DNA of 62,950 bases, filler included, from Octopus bimaculoides (taxonomy: Eukaryota), in NCBI RefSeq assembly GCF_001194135.2. It is 5 parts of 5 records of this genome, joined end to end, with 100 filler letters (N's around TTAATTAATTAA, not from the genome) between each part and the next. Parts side by side here need not be neighbours in the genome. Positions count along the whole stretch, not along the records: positions 1 to 16,308 come from NC_069007.1; positions 16,409 to 35,451 come from NC_068981.1; 3 more parts are not named here. One strand, given 5' to 3'. The translations under genes and the position numbers were made by a program. The notes below the pieces were generated by a model. The model did no database searches and was not told where the DNA came from. It saw only the letters and a program-made list of their open reading frames with translations. Shown here piece after piece: positions 11,853-22,320 of this stretch (its first letter is position 1; each line of letters opens with the position of its first letter).

Positions 11853-12219
11853 CTTTTACGTGTTTCTAATCATCAGACTGTGGCCATGCTGCAGCACAAT
11901 CTTTAAGAGTTTTATAGTTGAATGAATTGACCCCAGGGCTTATTTTTTAAAGCCTGGAACTTATTCTGAATTGCTAAGTTACGGGGATATAAACACACCA
12001 ACACCGGTTGTCAAGGAGTGGTGGGGGACAAACACAGACACACAGACACCTGTGTGTACATACACCACGGGCCTCCCCCTGTGTCTATCCACCAGATCCA
12101 CTCACAAGGTTTTAGTGAAGTCAGCGCCATAGTAGAAGACACTTCTCCAAGGTGCCACACAGTGGCACTGAACCTGGGACCTTTTAGTTGGGAAGCAAAC
12201 TTCTTACCACACAGCCATG
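11853..12219 (-). mobile_element. SINE family B, near full length
   Basis: Inverse copy starting about 260 nt after the 11198-11590 copy. Confidence 0.82.
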
Positions 12220-13123
12220 GGTACCCAAAAGTAATGGGAAACATTCTCTGTGGGACAAGCCCGTTGTACTTCGGGCTCCTGCCACTAGAAGTCACTTGAT
12301 GTAACCCTCAGGTATCAGTCTGCCAACTGGTGGCATTTGGTGCAGTTGTACTGCGACATGGTGCATCTTTGTTTTGCAGTGCTTCTCCCCTGTTTGTTGA
12401 TTTTGCTATGGCTGAAATGAAACAAACAGCATGCTTCGGTGAAATCCTGTTTTCTGCTGGGGCAAATGGTTGCCGAAACAGTTGTTACGCTTCGAACAGC
12501 TCTCAAGGCTGCTGCCATGAGTAGAGCACAAGTTTACGAGTGGTTTCCATGCTTTAGGAATGGCCTCTTGTTGCTTGAAGACCAATCTTGTTCAGGGTGA
12601 CCATCAACTTCCTGAACAAATGAAAACATTATGAAAATTTATGAACTGATCTTGCAGGACTTTCACTGAACAATTGATGAACTTGTTGCTATGACTGGTG
12701 TGTCCTGGTCCTTCTGCCAATGAATTTCGAGTGAGGAATTGCGAATGAAAAGAGTTGCAACAAAATTTGTGCCTTGCTTGCTAACGGAAGATGAAAAGCA
12801 GTCACGACTGAATGCATGTCATTAATGGAAAGAACATTTGGAAGTTGGTCTGGACCTTTCTTCAAAGGTCATCACTAGTGATGAAAGGTAGTGCTATGGA
12901 ATTTGCAGATGTGGAAGAGGTGAAGAAAAAAGACGACAGAGGAATTAAAAGGCATCACTTCGCAAGAGTTCCAGCACTGCTTCGAATAGTGGAAAACGCA
13001 ACTGGACCAATGCATTGCTTCAGATGGAGAATACTTTAAAGGTGATAAAAGTGTAAAACATGTAAAACTAAGTGAATAAAATAATATTGCAAAATTCCAG
13101 TTTCTTTTGAGTATCCCCTCGTA
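12220..13123 (+). mobile_element. Internally deleted mariner element
   Basis: N-terminal HTH region (AMSRAQVYEWF..FRNG..LLEDQ..SG*PSTS.TNENI...EELRMKRVATKFVPCLLTEDEK) to KVITSDE, joined directly to the C-terminus (FADVEEVK..FQHCFE*WK..LDQCIASDGEYFKGD). Right TIR TTCCAGTTTCTTTTGAGTATCCCCTCG-TA. Confidence 0.9.
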
Positions 13124-13142
13124 TATATATATATATATATAT

Positions 13143-13510
13143 ACCTCCTGACCACATGGTTCTGGGTTCAATGACACTGCATGGCACCTTGGCAATGTGT
13201 CTTCCACTATGGTCTTAGGGTCACCAAAGCCTTGTGATTAGATTTGTTTGAAAGATACTGAAAGTAGTCCATCGTGTGTGTCTGTGTGTGTGTATGCACT
13301 TGTGTATTTGTTTCTCATCACTGCTTGATAATGTTGGTTCATTTACACCTCTTCTGTGACCTAGCAGTTTGGCAAATGACACTGACAGAATAAGTAACAG
13401 GCCTTAAAGAAAACATTTATAAATACTGAGGTTGATTTATTTGGCTAAAACCCGTCAAGGTATTGCTCTAGCATGGCCACAATCTAATGACTGAAGCAAG
13501 TAAAAGATAT
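13143..13510 (+). mobile_element. SINE family B, diverged
   Basis: CCACATGGTTCTGGGTTCAA..GGCACCTTGGCAATGTGTCTT..ATGACTGAAGCAAGTAAAAGAT. Confidence 0.75.
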
Positions 13511-13631
13511 CAACTATATATGGGTATGTGTGTGTGTGTGTGTGGTGTATATGTGTGTGTGTAGTGTATTTGTTTGTATTTATGTCTTTCAATACAGTTG
13601 AACCAATTTTCTTCCGTTTTCTTCAAAACAG

Positions 13632-13815
13632 ATTGCGATATTTCCCACGCCATGTGCTGGAACTTTGAAACAGTTGGTATTACTTTCAGACTTCACTTCC
13701 TGTCCTGGTTACATTGCCAAATACTTGCAGGTTCTTGTACAAACCTATGAGCGCCATGGATCAAGCCAGGAACGAGACGTCTTGGAGATTGTTCCAATGA
13801 AAATTCTGAATAAAG
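13632..13815 (+). CDS. CMTR2: CMTR2-like exon E (184 nt, phase 0/1)
   Basis: Acceptor TTTTCTTCAAAACAG|, donor AAAG|GTTTGT; IAIFPTPCAGTLKQLVLLSDFTSCPGYIAKYLQVLVQTYERHGSSQERDVLEIVPMKILNK versus recalled human ITFVCPTSS...PNPVFRYLQSVNELL...SPQQVLQFVPMEVLLKG. Confidence 0.88.
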
Positions 13816-14039
13816 GTTTGTGTAAATGCATTATTACCATCTCTATTTAATGCGCATTTTTCCATGCTTGCATGTGTCAGATAGAATTTGTTGAGGCAGA
13901 TTTTCTGCAGCCAGATGCTTTTCATTTCATCCACCCTCACCTGTTTCCAAATAAGGTAATATTTCCCCATGGGAAACTCAGAATAAACAACATCACCAGC
14001 ATGACATTGATGCTTGTTTAAAACCCTCCTTGACAAGGG

Positions 14040-14510
14040 TACATACAAACACACATATATGTGTGGAAGCGAGAGACCCAAGAAGACATAGGATGAAGTA
14101 CTGAGGAACGACTTCAGGAAACTAAACCTTTCAGGTGAGATGACAAAGGACCAAGACACCTGGATGTACTCAAGAAACCAACCCTGCAGGTGGTGTAAAG
14201 CACTTGTGAAAATGCCATGTAAAAATGCCCCTGTGGTGCCACATAAAAGTGCCCGTGCAGTGCCTCATAAATGAACCCATGCAGTGCCATTTAGAAGCAC
14301 TTGTGGCAGTGCCTGTATAGTGCCACTTAAAAGTGCCCAGTACACTCTGCAAAGTGGTTGGAGTTAGGAAGGGCGTCCAGCCATAGGAACCATGCCAAAT
14401 CAGACAGGAGCTTGGTTCAGCCCCCCAGCTTACCAGCCTTGGTCAAACGTTCCAAGCCATGCCAGCATGGACAGCAGACGCTAGATGATGATGATGATGA
14501 TGATGATGAT
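14040..14510 (+). mobile_element. RTE LINE 3' end (ORF2 terminus, 3' UTR, (GAT)n tail)
   Basis: RPKKT*DEVLRNDFRKLNLSGEMTKDQDTW, a typical RTE ORF2 end, then GTGCC-rich subrepeats, TTAGGAAGGGCGTCCAGCC, CCATGCCAGCATGG and (GAT)n. Confidence 0.85.
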
Positions 14511-14559
14511 AGATATACATACATGCATATCTATATACCCCACCACACACACAGATCCT

Positions 14560-14880
14560 TTTTTCATCATTATTTTAACAGGCCCTTTATAATACTTTGC
14601 ATTGGTCTGATGGAGTTTGAGGCAGATTTTCTATGGCCAGACGCACTTTCTGTTGCCAGCCCTCACCTGTTTCCAAGCAAGGTAATATTTCCCCCCATGG
14701 CCAGACATGTTCTCACGGAAGATTGGAAATGGAATACACCACTTGTATGACAGTGACACTCGTTTACAATTATCGCACAATGTCAAAACAAGAAGACTCA
14801 AACACACTCATGCACACATGTGCACACTTACACACTCACACATGCACGCACACACACATGCACGCACACACACACATGCT
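14560..14880 (-). repeat. Dispersed repeat with RTE-like terminus (SINE-like); other copies at 13855-14000 and 50590-50815
   Basis: Shared TTGAGGCAGATTTTCT..CCCTCACCTGTTTCCAA..AAGGTAATATTTCCCC..TTGTATGACAGTGACACTC; orientation inferred from the RTE-like end. Confidence 0.6.
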
Positions 14881-15077
14881 TTAATATTTTGCTTAGGCAT
14901 TGCAATAATAATAATCTTGTGTTAGAACTCAATATACATGTGAAGCTAAAGGGTAATACTCGAGCACTTAACTATGAGTGCATTGCATCTTTTAGCAGAA
15001 ACAGCTGTAACCTAATGAAGTTCATAACAGAATTATTTATCCCTTTATCATCCCAATTTCTTATATGTATATATGCA

Positions 15078-16152
15078 GGATGGCTATGTGGTAAATAGCT
15101 TGCTTACCAACCACATACTTCCAGGTTCAGTCCCACTGCGTGGCACCTTGGGCAAGTGTTTTCTTCTGTAGGCTTGGGCCAACCAAAGCCTTGTAAGTAG
15201 GTTTGGCAGACAGAGGTTGAATGAAGCCCATTGTATATATATANNNNNNNNNNNNNNNNNNNNNNNNNNNNNNNNNNNNNNNNNNNNNNNNNNNNNNNNN
15301 NNNNNNNNNNNNNNNNNNNNNNNNNNNNNNNNNNNNNNNNNNNNNNNNNNNNNNNNNNNNNNNNNNNNNNNNNNNNNNNNNNNNNNNNNNNNNNNNNNNN
15401 NNNNNNNNNNNNNNNNNNNNNNNNNNNNNNNNNNNNNNNNNNNNNNNNNNNNNNNNNNNNNNNNNNNNNNNNNNNNNNNNNNNNNNNNNNNNNNNNNNNN
15501 NNNNNNNNNNNNNNNNNNNNNNNNNNNNNNNNNNNNNNNNNNNNNNNNNNNNNNNNNNNNNNNNNNNNNNNNNNNNNNNNNNNNNNNNNNNNNNNNNNNN
15601 NNNNNNNNNNNNNNNNNNNNNNNNNNNNNNNNNNNNNNNNNNNNNNNNNNNNNNNNNNNNNNNNNNNNNNNNNNNNNNNNNNNNNNNNNNNNNNNNNNNN
15701 NNNNNNNNNNNNNNNNNNNNNNNNNNNNNNNNNNNNNNNNNNNNNNNNNNNNNNNNNNNNNNNNNNNNNNNNNNNNNNNNNNNNNNNNNNNNNNNNNNNN
15801 NNNNNNNNNNNNNNNNNNNNNNNNNNNNATTGGTTTCTATTAACCCATTTATTCTATCAGAAGAATTTTTATTCATTAAGATAAAAGAAATACACATAAT
15901 TATATATATATGTATATATGTATGTATGTATGTATGTATATATGTATATGTTTGTGTGTCTGTGTTTGTCCCTGCCACCATCGCTTGACAACCAATGCTG
16001 GTGTATTTATGTCCCCATAACCTAGTGGTTTGGCAAAAGAGACCGATAGAATAAGTACTAGGCTTACAAAGAACAAGTCCTGGGGTCAATTGCTCAACTA
16101 AAGGCGGTACTCCAGCATAGCTGCAGTCAAATGACTGAAACAAGTAAAAGAA
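15078..16152 (+). mobile_element. SINE family B, head and tail separated by an N gap
   Basis: Head 15078-15243 and tail 15940-16152; the gap begins in the internal (TA)n. The two halves could belong to different copies. Confidence 0.75.
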
Positions 16153-16165
16153 TATATGTATGTAT

Positions 16166-16206
<41 letters not shown>

Positions 16207-16235
16207 CATGTATGTATGTATGCATGTATATGTAC

Positions 16236-16276
<41 letters not shown>

Positions 16277-16408
16277 ATGAGGTAGTCAGAATGTTGGATG
16301 ATTATATANNNNNNNNNNNNNNNNNNNNNNNNNNNNNNNNNNNNNNNNNNNNTTAATTAATTAANNNNNNNNNNNNNNNNNNNNNNNNNNNNNNNNNNNN
16401 NNNNNNNN

Positions 16409-16447
<39 letters not shown>

Positions 16448-17383
16448 CAATACATACATACATATATATATTATATATATAATGTGTGTGTGACAAGAAA
16501 CATCTTAAAATACATATTTAGAAAACACATGCACACAGACAAACGTGTGCACAGATATACACATACACTTGTACACACACTAGCACACACACACATACAT
16601 GCACACACACACGCACGCACACACAGACACATACACGCACACACATATACACACTAGTTGCAGTATCAATAGCGTTAGTAGCCCCAAGTCCACATTGTTC
16701 GTCTCTGCTGTGGCGACCATCAGAATTCACAAGACTCTGGTGAAAGTATGTTTACTAACTACATTATTATATCTCATACAGTTAATACACATCCAGTCTG
16801 TAGTGCTGTTACGCTATGTCATACAGACAGGTAACCACTGCATATGGCAGTGCGGCGGTGCGTCTCTTGTCAGTCCTGATCAAGTTGATTTNNNNNNNNN
16901 NNNNNNNNNNNNNNNNNNNNNNNNNNNNNNNNNNNNNNNNNNNNNNNNNNNNNNNNNNNNNNNNNNNNNNNNNNNNNNNNNNNNNNNNNNNNNNNNNNNN
17001 NNNNNNNNNNNNNNNNNNNNNNNNNNNNNNNNNNNNNNNNNNNNNNNNNNNNNNNNNNNNNNNNNNNNNNNNNNNNNNNNNNNNNNNNNNNNNNNNNNNN
17101 NNNNNNNNNNNNNNNNNNNNNNNNNNNNNNNNNNNNNNNNNNNNNNNNNNNNNNNNNNNNNNNNNNNNNNNNNNNNNNNNNNNNNNNNNNNNNNNNNNNN
17201 NNNNNNNNNNNNNNNNNNNNNNNNNNNNNNNNNNNNNNNNNNNNNNNNNNNNNNNNNNNNNNNNNNNNNNNNNNATATATACGACGGGCTTCTTTCAGTT
17301 TCTGTCTAACAAATCCACTCACAAGGCTTTGGTCAGTCCGAGGCTATAGAAGAAAATTCCTTAAAGCGGCGTGCTGGCAGAAT

Positions 17384-17600
17384 CGTTAGCACGCCGGGCG
17401 AAATGCTTAGCGGTATTTCGTCCGTCTTTACGTTCTGAGTTCAGATTCCGCCAAGGTCGACTTTGCCTTTCATCCTTTCGGGGTCGATAAATTAAGTGCG
17501 AGTTGCATACTGGGGTCGATGTAATCGACTGGTCCCCTCTCCAAAAATTTCGGGCCTTGTTCCTAGAGTAGAAAAGATTAGAGTAGAAAAGATTAGAGTA
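17384..17600 (+). mobile_element. SINE family A, near consensus, nested in a minus-strand family B copy
   Basis: GCGGCGTGCTGGCAGAATCGTTAGCACGCCGGGCGAAATGCTTAGCGG...; flanked by family B minus pieces at 17275-17352 and 17600-17680; tail has duplicated AGAGTAGAAAAGATT. Confidence 0.88.
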
Positions 17601-18093
17601 GAAGACTCCTGGCGAAGATGCCACGCAGTGAGACTGAACCCGGAACCAAGCTTCTTACCACACAACCACTCCTGCCAAGTCTTTTAATATTAGTATTTTA
17701 TATGCCAAGTAGTTCTAGCCACTGGGCACTGATTTTTAAAGATACTAATACTGAGGAATTAGCTGTTATTTCCAGCAGAGAGAGAGACCACCTAGAGGTT
17801 CTTTGTTAGTGCACATTGATCCCGGATGAATGAAAACTTAAGCCAGTTGTTTAGACCCAATCCCAGAACTGTGACGTTGAAAACCTGTTTTTGTTTATAA
17901 TACTGAACCGCATGTTATTTGCTTAAATATATTTCAAGCCGGAACATGGAACAACTCATACAACTGGTTTTAAACAACATCTATATTTCTATTTCTCTTG
18001 TTTGTTACATTTTACCATTTTACTGCTTGAATATCTACGCTGTTTACACGAAAATTTGTTTATACCAACTATAATTTTTTTCTTTTTTTGTAG

Positions 18094-18164
18094 ACCAGAC
18101 TATATACATTTCGTTTTTCACATTTTTCTCTCAAGTTGTTATGAGAAAAAATATACAGAATTAA
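18094..18164 (+). CDS. CMTR2: Candidate terminal exon of CMTR2-like gene
   Basis: Strong acceptor TTTTTTTCTTTTTTTGTAG|; phase 1 fits exon E and gives (D)QTIYISFFTFFSQVVMRKNIQN*, about the expected length with weak similarity to recalled LLDFLWDLNAAIAKRHL. The real exon could instead lie in an N gap. Confidence 0.35.
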
Positions 18165-18654
18165 AATCTAACCAATCAGTTATTGCTACTGTTACTTTTC
18201 CTGCTATTCCTAATACATACTAATGGCCAAATTTCTGGACACTTTCTCATACATTTGTTGTTTATTGGCATCATGCCGTCTTCTCGCTTATAATTATTTT
18301 TTGGAGTCGAGTTGTTTTATTGTTCCCTTCCTTATGCTGCTTCAAATTAATGCCTTGCTTATACTAAAACAGATAATTAGAAAATTAAGAGTATTTAAAA
18401 CTCAGTTATGTGGGTGTAAAAAGATAATTGCTTACTTTACATTCGGTAATCGGTTAGCATTAAACAAGATCACGCCGCTTACGGCAGCCAATCACTTGTG
18501 AAACAAAACCACATCATTTTTGACAGCCAATCAATGTTAAGGTACAGTCACATTGCTTTCGGCAGCCATTCATTGAAACACAGTCGCTTTATTTCTAAAC
18601 CGAACTAAAACTGATGGCACTTATATTCATTTGTAGTAAGGATCCCTTACGTTA

Positions 18655-18995
18655 ACAAAAGATAGGATACTGTCTATGTGAAGGGCGTTAGGGTACAACT
18701 TTCAAAAATAGCCAAAATTTCGGAGAATAGGTGCTATAGAATCCAGAGCATGGGAGGTTTGTCAAATACTTTCAAGACTATGATACAGAGAAAACTACTT
18801 CAAGAACAGAAAGGAAAACAAAGCAAGTAAGTAGGAACCGATGTATGATGAGATTAACTCAAAGTAATCGTCGAGCGACTTCAAAAGAAATATGCCAAGC
18901 GTAAGTAGTTAGAAGGTTCAGTTAAAGCGACAGAGCTGTAAAACAAGCTTTTTGACGGAGAATGTTTAAAACAAGAACGCTATGTGTATATTTGT
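18655..18995 (+). mobile_element. Tc1-like transposase N-terminal relic
   Basis: With frameshifts: ..KIAKISE..VCQILSRL..RK.KTKQVSRNRCMMRLTQSNRRATSKEI, a Tc1 HTH/GRPR-like region. Confidence 0.6.
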
Positions 18996-19502
18996 TCTTC
19001 TCTTTCTCTTTTTAATATAGAGTTACATTTGACCGGCTACCTGCTTGGCGGCAAGGTTGTGAAGAAAGCATCTTTTGTCCATCATCCTTTAAATCTTAAG
19101 AATGTCTTGCAGAATTTTATAGTCCCAGATGTGATCATTTGGAACGGATGAATTAAATATTTGCCTTTTCCTCCTATGAACCCAAGTTCTACCATAATCT
19201 GCACCAGACAAGTTGTTATGTATTTTGTTGCTCCAATAATAATCAGTATGAAACTGATAGTGTATATTAGATGTAAAATTCCTTTTTGGAACGATGGATT
19301 TCGAAGCAGGTAAAGCTAAACATAGTAGCGTCAAAATATTTGACTAAAAAAACCCTTTTAGATAGGAAAAGTCGAAGGCAGCCTGTAAGACTTGTACTCT
19401 AATCTTCTGCAGACGTGACAGGCGTTCTGCTATTGGTCCAAATTAATCCTTCACATTTCTCTTTCCATTTTGATAACTTTATTATTACTAGCGAGAAATG
19501 TC

Positions 19503-19842
19503 CGTTGTTGACGTCATAAGAATTTATAAACTCTCAAGAGAACGTGAAATGATTATTGTTTTGGGACAGTGGATCTCGAATCACATAAAGCTATAAATAA
19601 GAACATGTAGATACTGGGCTGAAAATCCCTTTTGGACAGAAAAAGTCGAAGGCTGCCCGCAGGACCCGGGCCCAAATCTCCTGTAGGCATGACAGACGTT
19701 CTGTCATTGCACCAAAGCAATTCTTCGAATTTTTCAACAAGACATGTAGGTTCGAGCTTATGTGATTCGAGACCCACTGTTCCAAAAAAGAATTCTTTCA
19801 CGTTCTCTCGAAAGTTTATAAATCCTTATGACGTCAACAACG
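19503..19842. repeat. Long inverted repeat: arms 19503-19592 and 19755-19842
   Basis: The left arm CGTTGTTGACGTCATAAG..AGAGAACGTGAAA..ACAGTGGATCTCGAATCACATAAAGCT matches the reverse complement of the right arm at roughly 85% by eye. Confidence 0.92.
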
Positions 19843-19859
19843 CACACACGCACACGCAC

Positions 19860-19899
<40 letters not shown>

Positions 19900-19992
19900 N
19901 NNNNNNNNNNNNNNNNNNNNNNNNNNNNNNNNNNNNNNNNNNNNNNNNNNNNNNNNNNNNNNNNNNNNNNNNNNNNNNNNNNNNNNNNNNNN

Positions 19993-20031
<39 letters not shown>

Positions 20032-20109
20032 TACACACACACAAACACATAGAAACACACACATGCACACATATAGATATGCATGAATATTCTTCAGAAA
20101 AAGATATTT

Positions 20110-20340
20110 TATGACCAAGAGAATATAAGGAGTAGACAGCGGAAGATTGGCGCAAATTCATAAGGAGTGATGAGATTAATATTCCGATCTGGGGTATCGA
20201 TGGATTGAAATACGTGAGGCACAGGTTAAATGAAGATTCCTTACCTGAGCGTATTGCAGTACCCTGAACATAGCTGGAACGCTTTTGATAACAAACCTGC
20301 TTGTTTAGTGATGACCTGGGGCTAAACGGGGGCACTACCA
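20110..20340 (+). mobile_element. Tc1-like transposase catalytic-domain start relic
   Basis: REYKE*TAEDWRKFIRSDEINIPIWGIDGLKYVRHRLNEDSLPERIAVP, matching the Tc1 pattern WT.EDW..V.WSDES....GSDG..YVRR..GE...P. Confidence 0.78.
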
Positions 20341-20539
20341 CCAAAAAAAACAAAGAAAGCATTAAGTGGTGTTAGATGTTCCCAATACATGTATTTTGAA
20401 TGAATTTCAGAGAAAAAGAGGCGGAGCTATCTCTGTCGTTTCATATTAACGAAGAATGTTATTGAATAATTAAGTTGTAATTGCAAATGAAATTAATTTT
20501 GTGAAGTCAACTACCAATCGGATAGTAACGTGTGCCTGT

Positions 20540-20589
<50 letters not shown>

Positions 20590-21774
20590 CATTACGTAAC
20601 GATTCGGACATATGTTATACAGGATGCAAACATTGTCTGATATAGAACTCAATACTGGGGATAGATTAGAAAGATAGGGTTTATTATATCAAAGAACAAC
20701 AGTTTATTCGAGTAAATTGTCGTAACAGTTAGTTGCGAACTGCCAGAAGGCGAAACTCGAGGATTCTATAACTCTTAGGCAGGATAAACGCGCGCGCGCA
20801 CACACACANNNNNNNNNNNNNNNNNNNNNNNNNNNNNNNNNNNNNNNNNNNNNNNNNNNNNNNNNNNNNNNNNNNNNNNNNNNNNNNNNNNNNNNNNNNN
20901 NNNNNNNNNNNNNNNNNNNNNNNNNNNNNNNNNNNNNNNNNNNNNNNNNNNNNNNNNNNNNNNNNNNNNNNNNNNNNNNNNNNNNNNNNNNNNNNNNNNN
21001 NNNNNNNNNNNNNNNNNNNNNNNNNNNNNNNNNNNNNNNNNNNNNNNNNNNNNNNNNNNNNNNNNNNNNNNNNNNNNNNNNNNNNNNNNNNNNNNNNNNN
21101 NNNNNNNNNNNNNNNNNNNNNNNNNNNNNNNNNNNNNNNNNNNNNNNNNNNNNNNNNNNNNNNNNNNNTATATATATGCCTGTATGTATGTAAGTATGTA
21201 TGCATGTATGTATGTATGTATGTATGTATGTATGCATGTATGTATGTATGTATGTATGTATGTATGCATGGCTATTCTATTTTTTAATTATTATGAATCT
21301 TCCACTGAGGAGGGAGCCGGTTTCCAACAAAGATATAAGACTCCAACATTTGGATGTAGTTAACATAGACAAATTCACATTTGTGACTTGAGAAAAGTTT
21401 TGCATATTTTTACTCTTCCACTCACTGATTGGACTTGTAATGTACGAATCAGCCGGTCATTTTCTCTTTATGTATGTATGTATGTTTGTATGTATGTACG
21501 TAAGTATGTATGTATGTATGTATGTATGTATGTATGCATGCATGCGTGTGTATACAGCCGTATGTGCGATTGTGTAAACTGTTCAATCCTTTTTGTTTTG
21601 TTCAAACACAGAAAAGACAAATTAACCGTTCAACAGAAATCGATGCAGCAACTATCTGACTGAAATAAGTACTGGAGTCGATACGATTGACTAAAGCACT
21701 TGAAGGCGATGCTCCAGCATGGCTGAAGTCCAATGACTGAAACAAGGAAATGAATAAAAAAAATAAATAATGTA

Positions 21775-21936
21775 GGCGTAGCTGTGGCTGTGTGGTAAGT
21801 AGCTGGCTTACGAACCACATGGTTCCGGGTTCAGTCCCACTGCAAGGCATCTTGGGCAAGTGTCTTCTACTATAGCCTCGGGCCGACCAAAGCCTTGTGA
21901 GTGGACTTGGTAGACGGAAACTGAAAGAAGCCCGTC

Positions 21937-21970
<34 letters not shown>

Positions 21971-22076
21971 NNNNNNNNNNNNNNNNNNNNNNNNNNNNNN
22001 NNNNNNNNNNNNNNNNNNNNNNNNNNNNNNNNNNNNNNNNNNNNNNNNNNNNNNNNNNNNNNNNNNNNNNNNNNNC

Positions 22077-22141
<65 letters not shown>

Positions 22142-22320
22142 TCCCCCTCAACATCGCTTGACAACCGATGCTTGTGTGTTTACGTCCCCGTAACGTTCGG
22201 CAAAACAGGCCGATAGAATAAGTACTAGGCTTACAAAGAATAAGTCCCGGGGTCAATTTGCTCGACTAAAGGCGGTGCTCCAACATGGCCACAGTCAAAT
22301 GACTGAAACAAGTAAAAGAA
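21775..22320 (+). mobile_element. SINE family B, near consensus, gap in internal microsatellite
   Basis: Full head and tail; an extra tail-only piece lies at about 21640-21760. Confidence 0.9.

Noticed and set aside
16353-16364. TTAATTAATTAA island inside an N run; identical at 35496-35507, 48770-48781 and 61584-61595
   Set aside because: The same palindromic 12-mer, with TAA in all six frames, centred in N padding four times: an assembly spacer, not biology.
18223-18501. 92-aa ORF with LLQINALLILKQII as the CMTR2 C-terminus
   Set aside because: No phase-1 acceptor in that frame to join exon E; similarity is too weak on its own.
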